Translations under genes and position numbers: made by a program
Notes under the pieces: model-generated
The model's input: the letters and a program-made list of their open reading frames with translations, nothing else
What the model was told of the DNA's origin: nothing
Database searches by the model: none
Origin: a virus
Taxonomy: Duplodnaviria; Heunggongvirae; Uroviricota; Caudoviricetes
Reading direction: 5' to 3' (one strand)
DNA: 64,000 bases
IMG/VR virus record: IMGVR_UViG_3300001199_000001
Coordinates: 165,404 to 229,403 of that record
Shown: one piece after another, positions 56,068 to 64,000 of the stretch
How the letters are laid out: the number at the start of each line of letters is the position of its first letter
How positions within the stretch are numbered: the stretch's first letter is position 1

Positions 56068-56137
56068 TGTCAAAGATCGAGGAGCCCGTTGCCGTTCTCC
56101 ATGGTCTTAAGATAGCAAAGGTTGGAGAGGATGTCAA
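56068..56137 (-). promoter_or_regulatory. promoter plus boxA-like antitermination element of the RNA locus
   Basis: TTGACA-17-TATCTT (56137-56109); GATCTTTGACA (56078-56068) resembles rrn-leader boxA. Confidence 0.65.
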
Positions 56138-56161
56138 CAGCTTATTACAACATGTTTTACA

Positions 56162-56268
56162 CCTTAGGAAAGACCGGAGGAGCCGCATTGCTTAGCCAGC
56201 GTCTGCGGCGATCCCGTCACGAGGAGTCTCAGAAGCGTGACCTTCCTACCCTCCGGCCTGTCCTAAGG
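56162..56268 (-). ncRNA. candidate ~107-nt Y-shaped small RNA
   Basis: terminal CCTTAGGA/TCCTAAGG and CCGGAGG/CCTCCGG helices enclosing two hairpins (GTCACG/CGTGAC, GCCGCA/TGCGGC). Confidence 0.6.
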
Positions 56269-56621
56269 CGGATACAGAAGCTACTCGGCTAATGTCAGCC
56301 GTCAACCATTTATTTTACCGAGCGGCGTTCCGGCGGGGAGCTTATCCGTCAACTCGGCGATGTCTTCGATAGCCTGCGCTCGCTTGATTATCGGTTTACT
56401 GAGCGTGGTTGTCATTGGCGCCGTAGCTCCTTTCGATGTAGGCCGTGATACGCGCCTGTTCAGTCTCGGTCCCCTTGATCTGACCAAGCTCCAGACGTAG
56501 TAAGCGCCCACGTGAGGACTCGGTGGGGTCAACGATATTGGCAGAAGCTTCGGCTTGGGTATGACCCCTCCGCAGCCGAGCCAGATGTAGCGGGTTCTGA
56601 TTCACTGAGAAAACTCCTGGG

Positions 56622-57062
56622 TCATTCGCCGAACTTCTTCTGGAGGCGAAGGTACTCGGCATATTCCGGGTCTTCCTCCCGCTCGACTTGCTCAGCGAAG
56701 GTTCCCCAATCCGGCGGCAAAGTCCGGGTCATTCCGTAGCGGTAGTAGTTCACCTGATCTTCGAGTTTGCTGGCGCCGCCGTCGTCCATACGCCCGCCGT
56801 AACCGGCGTCTTCTCGGACCTTGCGCGCCTCGGCGAGAACAGCGGCGATGACCTTTTCGATATCCATAGGTTTAGGCTTCTCCACTTTATCGCCGGGGCG
56901 TGACACCAGTGTAAGTTCGCTTTCGGCGACGTGAAATCCGTTGCCGCCAGCAAAGATGACAAAAACCTGGGGGTCTTCGAGCGGATATTGTTTCACATCG
57001 CGGACAACGCCTTCGCCAAACCCTAGGCAGCGCACGATGTCGCAGGCACGGAACTTAGCCAC
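56622..57062 (-). CDS. hypothetical phage protein
   Basis: 146 aa; DPEYAEYLRLQKKF C-terminal motif. Confidence 0.7.
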   Translation of the reverse strand: MAKFRACDIVRCLGFGEGVVRDVKQYPLEDPQVFVIFAGGNGFHVAESELTLVSRPGDKVEKPKPMDIEKVIAAVLAEARKVREDAGYGGRMDDGGASKLEDQVNYYRYGMTRTLPPDWGTFAEQVEREEDPEYAEYLRLQKKFGE

Positions 57063-57064
57063 GT

Positions 57065-57310
57065 CTAGAACTCCGTGTAGGCGCGGACGGCTTCCGGCTG
57101 GAAGACCTCTCGCAGGGTAACGCCACCGACGCGAACGACGCCGACGCCGTCGCTGCTGACAGCATAGCCGGTACCGAGATCGGCATGTTCGCCGACGCGC
57201 TGAAAAGCGGCTTTGCGCAGGCCTTTCAACGAGGCGTAGCGGGTCGTCTTCTGATACCCGTCAACCGACGAATAATAGAGAACGAAGGGTTTTGCTGCTG
57301 ATTTGCTCAT
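57065..57310 (-). CDS. hypothetical protein
   Basis: TAATG coupling at 57310. Confidence 0.6.
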   Translation of the reverse strand: MSKSAAKPFVLYYSSVDGYQKTTRYASLKGLRKAAFQRVGEHADLGTGYAVSSDGVGVVRVGGVTLREVFQPEAVRAYTEF

Positions 57311-57714
57311 TACGATGCCCCCTTGGCGTATTTCGTCGCCCACTTGGCGCACTTGCGTTCTTGAATTGCGACCAGTTCCGCCTCCGTGATATTCGGGTTG
57401 ATCTGGTAGACCAGATCGATCAGGCAGTTGATCACGTCCATGGCTTCGCCAATGACGCCGTCTTCGCCGGACCTCAGTCCCGTAGCCTTCAAAGTGATTT
57501 CCAGATCGAGTTCCGCCATCTCACCTTCGGCATGCTTGAACGTGGAGCGCACGGTGCGTCCATTATCGATCTGCCGTGAATATTTGAGGATGGTTTCGAC
57601 CATCGTGGGTTGACCAGAAGCGACGGCAGCGTTGTATCCCTGCGCCCATCCTTCCGCTTCCTGATCGTTGAACCAAATCGGCGCGTCGTCGATGGTCTTT
57701 GGCTCGATAGTCAC
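57310..57714 (-). CDS. MazG-like nucleotide pyrophosphohydrolase
   Basis: EGEMAEL...GEAMDVI...K..KW; promoter TTGACA-17-TAATAT at 57773-57745. Confidence 0.72.
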   Translation of the reverse strand: MTIEPKTIDDAPIWFNDQEAEGWAQGYNAAVASGQPTMVETILKYSRQIDNGRTVRSTFKHAEGEMAELDLEITLKATGLRSGEDGVIGEAMDVINCLIDLVYQINPNITEAELVAIQERKCAKWATKYAKGAS

Positions 57715-57785
57715 CGTGATTTCCTCCTTGTCGTCACAGTCAGCATATTAGCCGGACCGACTCGGATTGTCAACAGCTTTTATTC

Positions 57786-57986
57786 TCAGATGTAATGGTC
57801 GCCGCCGCTCAACGCCGGTCTGACGATGTACCCATGTTGGCCGGAGTCGTTGGTGGCCTCCTCAACGATATAGCGAACGTCCCTGGTGCTCAAAGCGCGG
57901 GCTTTGGCGCGGGCGTCGTGCACCGCATCGATCTCCTCGCCTATGGTCGAGCACGGGAAGAACAGGGGATCGGTTTGTTCAGTCAT
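57786..57986 (-). CDS. hypothetical protein
   Basis: 66 aa. Confidence 0.5.
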   Translation of the reverse strand: MTEQTDPLFFPCSTIGEEIDAVHDARAKARALSTRDVRYIVEEATNDSGQHGYIVRPALSGGDHYI

Positions 57987-58668
57987 CTTGTTGTCCTTCC
58001 GGGGTGATCATGTCTTGCACCCATTGCGGAAGCAGGGCGATGCGGGCGGCGTTGAGGGCGACATAATCGTACGCGGCGTCCTCGGTATCACCGTGGTTCA
58101 GTAGCCACAGGAACGGGCGCTTCCTCCACTTAGGTAGAAAGGAGCCGTGCTTCTCCAGCGATTCCATCTTGAAGCGAAGCGCCTCGCGGGCGTCGTGGTC
58201 GCCGCAATAACAGATCAATTCGTTGTCAGGTCCGACCAGCCAGCTACCCGAACTCGTGTACCGATAATAGTCGTCTGTCGCCGGGACCCAGTTGTAATAG
58301 ACCTTACCGCCGTTGATACCCGGCTCTTCCTCGTGCTCCCAGGTGAAGGTATCGACGCTGAGGAGCAGCCCGTCTCGCCGGGCATAAATGAACTGTTTCT
58401 CCGGTTTCGCCCGCTTTTGAAAACTGAGTTCAAGGACCGGCTCAAAGCCCATCTCGCCGACGATCCGCTGATAGCGCTCGATGGTGTTATCCATGAGGGT
58501 GTCGTCGCGCTCGATCAACGCTGCTTCCTTGATCGACATATTATCGCGCATCAGCAACCATCCAGCCGCCGTCACCGCGTCGTAGTTCTCACCACCAAGG
58601 ATATCTTCAGCCGCAGCTAGGCCATCGAAATCAAGCAGCCGCTTCAGGCGAGCGTCAGAAACCGTCAT
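57979..58668 (-). CDS. hypothetical phage protein
   Basis: 229 aa; GGAGG SD. Confidence 0.75.
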   Translation of the reverse strand: MTVSDARLKRLLDFDGLAAAEDILGGENYDAVTAAGWLLMRDNMSIKEAALIERDDTLMDNTIERYQRIVGEMGFEPVLELSFQKRAKPEKQFIYARRDGLLLSVDTFTWEHEEEPGINGGKVYYNWVPATDDYYRYTSSGSWLVGPDNELICYCGDHDAREALRFKMESLEKHGSFLPKWRKRPFLWLLNHGDTEDAAYDYVALNAARIALLPQWVQDMITPEGQQDD

Positions 58669-59034
58669 TAATCCTCCGTCACGCGGATGGTGTCGCCATC
58701 GCTGAAAAGCCGATATCGTCGATCAGATCGAGCAAGGCCCGCTTCACCGCGAGGGTGTCGTCATCCTCCGGCGCCACGGTGACGACCTTGGTGTCCAGAA
58801 CACCGCTGCTGCCTGACAGGGTCAGGTGAAAAACACGATCTCGCATGGACATAGGCTAGCCTTTCTTTCTGGCTGTGTCAGCATCTTTGACAGGGGTTGT
58901 CACGATTTCGATCAACACCCCGCCTGTCGCGGTCTTGCCGCGAAACACGACGGTCGCGCCGAGCAGGTGCAGATCGGCGGCGAAGTTCTTCAAGGCGAGG
59001 TCGATCTCTTCGGAGCGGCTGAACTTTTTTCCCA

Positions 59035-59307
59035 TCAGGATTCGGCCTCGGTGTGAAGCGCTTCATGCAATTCAGCGATGTGCGCGGCAACCAGGGCGTC
59101 GAGTTGTTCTGACGTGAATTCAAAAGGCAACGGCTCGGTCACCCATTGGCCGTTCTTGCGGACGGCTTGGCCGAGCACCTTGATATCAACGTCCTCGAAC
59201 CAATCGCCAATGAGCCCGACATCCGGCTCGGCTGGTTGCAGGACGCCTGAGACCTCGACATCGATCTCAAGCGTGATGGTGGTCTTGGTGGTGGTTGTTC
59301 GGGTCAT
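59035..59307 (-). CDS. hypothetical protein
   Basis: 90 aa. Confidence 0.6.
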   Translation of the reverse strand: MTRTTTTKTTITLEIDVEVSGVLQPAEPDVGLIGDWFEDVDIKVLGQAVRKNGQWVTEPLPFEFTSEQLDALVAAHIAELHEALHTEAES

Positions 59308-59648
59308 CAGTATTCGTTCCTGAAATTTTCGTACTGCTCCATGCGAGCGATCTCGTAGCGGTTCTCTTCGAGGTAGTCGCTGTAGTCGTCCTCGAAGAAC
59401 TCACGGACGCCTTCGATCCATTCCTCGGCTTCGTCAGCCTCTTCGAACTGACCAGCCTTTTCGATTTTGTTGTCGGGCCGGGCCGAGCCATCGGACTCGC
59501 GGTCATAACGGACCCACACTTCGTAGACGAAGTCGCCGGTCTCGGACAGATTGTCGAACTCGTCAGCCTCGGTGACGGCGACCGCTTTGACGTAATAGTT
59601 CTCGGTGGGGTTCTTGAACTCGCCTGCGTAGGTGTAGCGGGACATCAC
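59307..59648 (-). CDS. acidic hypothetical protein
   Basis: AAGGAGG SD; promoter TTGACA-17-TAATCT at 59698-59670; very D/E-rich. Confidence 0.7.
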   Translation of the reverse strand: MMSRYTYAGEFKNPTENYYVKAVAVTEADEFDNLSETGDFVYEVWVRYDRESDGSARPDNKIEKAGQFEEADEAEEWIEGVREFFEDDYSDYLEENRYEIARMEQYENFRNEY

Positions 59649-59923
59649 GACCTCCTTGATTGAGGCTGTAGATTACCCGGCTATTTGAGTGATGTCAACA
59701 CCTAATTATCAGATTGATAGGCCTCGACCTGGGACCGGTGGACGAAGACCGTACGGGTCTCATCGATCTCCAGCAGGCAGGAATCGCCATCGACCGCCGT
59801 GACCTCGCCCATGAAGAGGAACAGCGGGTGATCGGACTGGGTGATGATCAGTTTGTCGCCAAGTTCCATCCTAAGCGCTCTCCCTCGCTAACCCATTCGG
59901 GCTTACAATGATCATCAAAACTA

Positions 59924-60502
59924 TCATGGGTGATCGATTTTAGAACGTCTCATTCTTTCAGCAGTCTCGCGAAAAGGTGCAAAAAGTTCATCGACGCAGT
60001 GAGGGCAACCAAGCCCTTGTTCTAGCCTCCTATTCACAGACTCAGAATATATATGCCCCTGAGTACAACGCCATTCGAGACGTATTCTAAATAGATTTGC
60101 ATTTCTTGTTGTCAATTCACGGGCTAGTTGCGAATTTTCCCTAATCCACCATGGGCATGAGGGACAGTTTCTGTCTTTGTAAGTACGGTTATAGACGGTC
60201 AATTCGTAAGTGTGTCCCAGTAGGCAGACCCACCTAATAGACTCGAATGAGTGTAGAAACGCTTTAGAAAATTGGATTTCATTATCCGGATGCCATTCCT
60301 CAAATAAATCCGGACGAGCATCTTTCAAAAGCGGGGCGGTTCCATCCTCTTCTGCACGAATAATCCTATCTATTTCAGATATGCGCTGGTCGTACACCGG
60401 GTCAGTAGGGAATAGCCTAAGGTGCGGAAATAAATCGCGGTTTCTCCGCTGATACCGCTTCGACGGTACTCCTCTTTTTTCCAGTTTTTTGCTGTAACTC
60501 AT
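59924..60502 (-). CDS. zinc-ribbon repeat protein (EWHP.N...W.C..GH...CP.C)
   Basis: two C..GH / CPxC repeats. Confidence 0.75.
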   Translation of the reverse strand: MSYSKKLEKRGVPSKRYQRRNRDLFPHLRLFPTDPVYDQRISEIDRIIRAEEDGTAPLLKDARPDLFEEWHPDNEIQFSKAFLHSFESIRWVCLLGHTYELTVYNRTYKDRNCPSCPWWIRENSQLARELTTRNANLFRIRLEWRCTQGHIYSESVNRRLEQGLGCPHCVDELFAPFRETAERMRRSKIDHP

Positions 60503-60512
60503 GTCTTAAAAG

Positions 60513-60551
60513 TAAGTCAGCCAAGACACAAATGATGTTTTGGCTGACTTA
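60513..60551. other. intergenic inverted repeat (terminator or operator)
   Basis: TAAGTCAGCCAA ... TTGGCTGACTTA. Confidence 0.55.
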
Positions 60552-60559
60552 ATTTCCTA

Positions 60560-61348
60560 CTAAATGGTGGCGGCGACGCAAGTCAGAATCTTCTTCTGAT
60601 CCTCGGCGTTCACTTTACACAGCGAGCCGTCTACAACGATGTAGAGGTACCCACTCTCCGGTGTCGCTATTACTTCTGCACGCCCGGCGAGATAACCAAG
60701 CGCCTTACCAGTCCGCGCGTCTTCAGCTTTTCGGTTCTCATCCACGACGTAATCGTCATAGGTCGCAAAACCCTTCGAGACCGCCAAGACCTCGCGTTGT
60801 TTCCGTTCGTGTTCTCGTAGGATTTGGGTGTTAGCCTCTTCCTGTTGGCGCTGTAACTGACGTTCGGCGCCCTTGCGGTACATGTGCGCCATGCCTAGGC
60901 CCTTGATGCCCTCACTACGCTCGATGACACCTAGAACGTCGGTCAGGGTAGGCGCAATCGGTGAAGTATAGGTATGGATAAGCTGATCCAGCGCCTGACA
61001 CATCTGTGCTTTGACGTTGCCGAACATCATGTCGATGTTCTCGCGGGTTGAGGGCTCGACCTTGGATAAGGCGTAGTTGAAGAGCTTAGCGCCGAAGATA
61101 TTCCCTTTCGCCTGCCCGACCTCGGCGGAATAGGTCTGATTTAGGCCGGGGGCGTCCATGGCATTGCGATTGATCAGGAAGAGGATGGCGACGATTTGCT
61201 CGGCATGGAGCGTGACATCCTTAATCCCCTTACTCAGGCCGTTCGCGGCTTCACGGAATTGTCCGTGAAGGGCGGTAATAAGACTAGCCATTTCGGGGTT
61301 GTTTGAGCCGGTGAAGCTCGGGGGTGGCGCATAAGCGACAGCGTTCAT
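60560..61348 (-). CDS. hypothetical protein
   Basis: 262 aa; GAGG SD. Confidence 0.7.
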   Translation of the reverse strand: MNAVAYAPPPSFTGSNNPEMASLITALHGQFREAANGLSKGIKDVTLHAEQIVAILFLINRNAMDAPGLNQTYSAEVGQAKGNIFGAKLFNYALSKVEPSTRENIDMMFGNVKAQMCQALDQLIHTYTSPIAPTLTDVLGVIERSEGIKGLGMAHMYRKGAERQLQRQQEEANTQILREHERKQREVLAVSKGFATYDDYVVDENRKAEDARTGKALGYLAGRAEVIATPESGYLYIVVDGSLCKVNAEDQKKILTCVAATI

Positions 61349-61459
61349 TTCTGTACCTCGGCCAAGGATTCAGCACCTCCCTTCCACAATAGAGGGGATA
61401 TGTGTTCATTCCTATTGGCAACACATTGGTACCGATTCGTTAGAGGGCTGTCAACTGCT

Positions 61460-62275
61460 TCAAAGAATCTCGCAGACATAGGCGCGGAAAGGATCGAACA
61501 AACGCTCCACGCACTTCGGACAATGCAAACCCTTCCGTTCACGTTTAAATCGTGTCTGTTTAAAACTATGTCCGTCGCCACAGCGCCATTCAAGTGGCGT
61601 GTGGTATGCATTTACACCCAGTCCCCCTACTTCAACGTTCTCTGCTAGTTCCGAGATGAGGTGTGGAGCTTCTGCGGCCCAGGTCGGACACCTTGGACAG
61701 GTATATCTCTGATATGCTTTTTGGAGCACCGATGCAGTGTAAGTGTGGCCCTCCGGACAAACCCACTTATACCGCTCGGTCGACCCAGAATTTACCTCCT
61801 GAAGTTTTAGGGGATTATCGGGATGCCATTCACTGACGAGATGAGGGTAACGGACTGCGGTGTTTTCGCGGGCGGCAGCTTTGCATGGACGGCACCCACC
61901 GCCCCTATCCTGACTCTGGTAAACGCCGTGTAATTGGCATCTATGGGTCAAATGAGGCCAAGTTTTAGGCAGCGGATAACGCTCTGGACTAGAGGAAATC
62001 AACTCGACCGAAGAACCTGATCGCAGGTAGTGACCACCCTTGGGGTCAAGAGATTCGATAACCATGTCAATATAGGCGTAGAGAAACATGCTGGTTTGTG
62101 GTAATAGCTCGATCACGCGCCCTGTTGTTACCGTCTCGTTTTCATCCCGAAAACGCACGACATCACGTTGGTGAAATTCACAAAGAGTCTCACGTTTGTC
62201 CGGGTCCCATATTCCACTAGACTCGTATGTTCTAGTGCCAGCGTAGCGTAAGTTGATCGTGACTAGCCGTGTCAC
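61460..62275 (-). CDS. zinc-ribbon repeat protein, paralogue of 59924-60502
   Basis: EWHPDN, WVCPEGH, CPRC, LEWRC..GH, CPKCV.RLFDPFR. Confidence 0.75.
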   Translation of the reverse strand: MTRLVTINLRYAGTRTYESSGIWDPDKRETLCEFHQRDVVRFRDENETVTTGRVIELLPQTSMFLYAYIDMVIESLDPKGGHYLRSGSSVELISSSPERYPLPKTWPHLTHRCQLHGVYQSQDRGGGCRPCKAAARENTAVRYPHLVSEWHPDNPLKLQEVNSGSTERYKWVCPEGHTYTASVLQKAYQRYTCPRCPTWAAEAPHLISELAENVEVGGLGVNAYHTPLEWRCGDGHSFKQTRFKRERKGLHCPKCVERLFDPFRAYVCEIL

Positions 62276-62496
62276 AGGTCGTGCAGCGTCAAAGTGAACG
62301 AGCCATCGCCGTTGTCGTGCCAGTTGACCGACTTGGTCTCGGCGTCGAACTCGTGGGCGATCTCAAACGGGATGTACACGGCAGGGGCTCTGTCGTGTTC
62401 TACGATCCGCATGCTGTAGTCGGGGCCTTGGCGCATTATCTGTCCTCAAGTGTGGGGACAAAGATAACCGACTAGGCGTCAGTTGTCAACGCTTTG

Positions 62497-63345
62497 TTAC
62501 TGGTCTACCCCTCGACTGGCCTTCGCCGCCGCATCATACCGTTCCTTGTTCGCCCAGTAGAACGGTGCGAATAGCTCAGCCTCACGACGGAAGGGGATGT
62601 AGTCAAGCTCATCCTTGGATGCTTCCGCGACCAACCATTCGCTGTGGGCGTCTATCGCCGCCTGCCGGTCGCTCGCCGCCGCGATCTGGAACTCCAGCAT
62701 ATGGCGTTCGATCTCAGGATAGCGCTCCGACCACGTCAACGAATAGACCGCGTTCTGCTCGGCGAATCGCCTGATCCACTGTTCGGTGAAATCGAGTAGG
62801 TGTTCGGGCTTGCTGACCATCACGTCACGGCGCATCGCCCGGATGGTCTCGACTGCTACAGGCCGATTGACCTTCCAGAGCGCCTGCATCGTCGGGTCGT
62901 GCAGGAACCGGTCGGCATAGATCGGGTGTTGGAAAGACTGAGCGCGCAACTCGGGCATTTCGAAATACACCTGAATTTCCGACAGGACGCTCGCTTCCAA
63001 CTCGTTGCGCTGCATCTTCTCATCGAAAGCGGCTTTACCGATGTTGGGGATGTAGGGCATGTGCGCCGCGTGGTAGAATTCGTGCAGCAGATAAAGATCG
63101 TGGATGAAGGGATTGGTGTAGTCATCCCGCAAGGCAATCGCCCCCCACCACGTCGAGAAGTGTGCGCGCTCTAGGTAGTCGTGTGACGGCGTATAGAACA
63201 GGCGTGGCAACCAAGTGAATTGCTCGACCACCTTGCCGATGAAACCGCCTGCCGTGTGGGAGAGACGGAATTCATCCGTTTTCCACAGACTGTAAACGAA
63301 CGAATCTATCGCGTCGGCTGAGGTATAGGTACGGATATTATGCAT
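62497..63345 (-). CDS. hypothetical protein with HExxH motif
   Basis: LLHEFYH...NELEAS; start moved to ATG 63345. Confidence 0.7.
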   Translation of the reverse strand: MHNIRTYTSADAIDSFVYSLWKTDEFRLSHTAGGFIGKVVEQFTWLPRLFYTPSHDYLERAHFSTWWGAIALRDDYTNPFIHDLYLLHEFYHAAHMPYIPNIGKAAFDEKMQRNELEASVLSEIQVYFEMPELRAQSFQHPIYADRFLHDPTMQALWKVNRPVAVETIRAMRRDVMVSKPEHLLDFTEQWIRRFAEQNAVYSLTWSERYPEIERHMLEFQIAAASDRQAAIDAHSEWLVAEASKDELDYIPFRREAELFAPFYWANKERYDAAAKASRGVDQ

Positions 63346-64000
63346 CAGCAAATCCCACACGTTGAGCCATGCCGGGCGTCAAGCAAAAACGAAGTTGCCC
63401 GGACTCAGCAGGCCGCCGAAGATAGGTGTCCAGGGCGGCATCGTTGCAGCCGGGCGCCGTCGCCAAGATATATACATCTGATGGATGTAAGGTGATGCCG
63501 AGTGTCCGCCCAACGCGCTGTGCATGCTGGCGTTGCGTGCTCTGATATTGGCTGGCCATGTAGAACACGCTCATGTCTTCCATCAAGGCCGTGCCGAGTT
63601 GCAGCGAGGTCAAGTTCTTGAACCATTTGTTACCAAACAGTCCAAGGTCTTCGGTACGACTGAACAGACCACCGATACGGTCGTAGTAAGCTCCAAAGGG
63701 TTTGGACAGGCTGAAGACGACATTGCGGATGCAGCCTACGGTCGCATTAATCTTGCCGACGGAGCCTGTTGAGGCGGTCGCGCCGACATAGGTCAAGTCC
63801 AGCACAACACTGGGGTAGCCGGTCGCCGCTGTGACTTGCTCCAGAAAATCGTTGCAGTCTCCCCAGATGTTGCCGTCGATAGCGGACGGTTGACTGAGGA
63901 AGAACAACCCCCCTTGCCGGGCCAAAACACTCGGAACATCACGCCATTGCTCACGCGGATGCTCTAAGACAAGCAGCCCCGCCGCTTCGGCGTAGGCTCT
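63338..64000 (-). CDS. PLP-dependent aminotransferase-like protein, 3' part
   Basis: SQPSAIDGN, VVLDLTY, FSLSKPFG..YDRIG; frame open to window end. Confidence 0.65.
   Translation of the reverse strand, partial: RAYAEAAGLLVLEHPREQWRDVPSVLARQGGLFFLSQPSAIDGNIWGDCNDFLEQVTAATGYPSVVLDLTYVGATASTGSVGKINATVGCIRNVVFSLSKPFGAYYDRIGGLFSRTEDLGLFGNKWFKNLTSLQLGTALMEDMSVFYMASQYQSTQRQHAQRVGRTLGITLHPSDVYILATAPGCNDAALDTYLRRPAESGQLRFCLTPGMAQRVGFADA

Larger units (their letters stand above)
54984..56102 (-). ncRNA. large multi-domain structured RNA locus containing three tRNA-mimic modules
   Basis: no credible ORF; promoter and boxA-like element at 5' end; nested long helices (55861-73/56044-56; 55652-70/55837-55; 55291-97/55442-48; 55158-67/55274-83; 55007-15/55574-82). 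Confidence 0.75.

Noticed and set aside
58668-58853. Possible programmed frameshift in a small ORF (GGCTTTTCAGC; the shifted frame ends at a TAATG junction)
   Set aside because: More simply a 1-nt indel or sequencing error in a T run; no stimulatory structure seen
1-64000. Stop-codon reassignment in this phage
   Set aside because: Recognisable genes are full-length in the standard code and end in TAA, TAG and TGA; no suppressor anticodon is evident

Overview
This window looks like a 64-kb segment of a large lytic-type phage genome infecting Caulobacteraceae (Caulobacter/Brevundimonas/Phenylobacterium-like). It has dense short hypothetical genes, many near-consensus sigma70 promoters (GTTGACA-N16/17-TAnnnT), GcrA homologues, an AEP primase/ATPase fusion, a SNF2 helicase and a tyrosine recombinase. 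No major virion genes are present. The accessory content is rich in translation, RNA-repair and NAD functions: (i) a captured rplK-rplA (uL11/uL1) operon with its L1-autoregulatory leader; (ii) a complete nicotinamide-to-NAD+ salvage operon (NadM-Nudix, PncB, PncA, NadE) with a NadQ-like palindrome inside its promoter, plus a SLOG/DUF4326/Sir2/NDT-like cluster; (iii) RtcB, Thg1-like and RlaP-like nucleotidyltransferases, a minimal ligase, three Pth2-like paralogues and YqeY; (iv) a 5-gene ABC/OmpA/coiled-coil operon and an RTX/GH16 glycanase. The most unusual signals are non-coding. A tRNA-Phe-like gene carries a 168-nt structured insertion in the anticodon loop, and a second tRNA has an aberrant anticodon loop. 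A minigene/anti-SD attenuator precedes a Pth2-like operon. A ~1.1-kb, promoter- and boxA-led RNA locus (54984-56102) contains three tRNA-mimic domains, two of them circularly permuted like YrlA Y RNAs. All calls come from reading motifs by eye; no database search or folding program was run.
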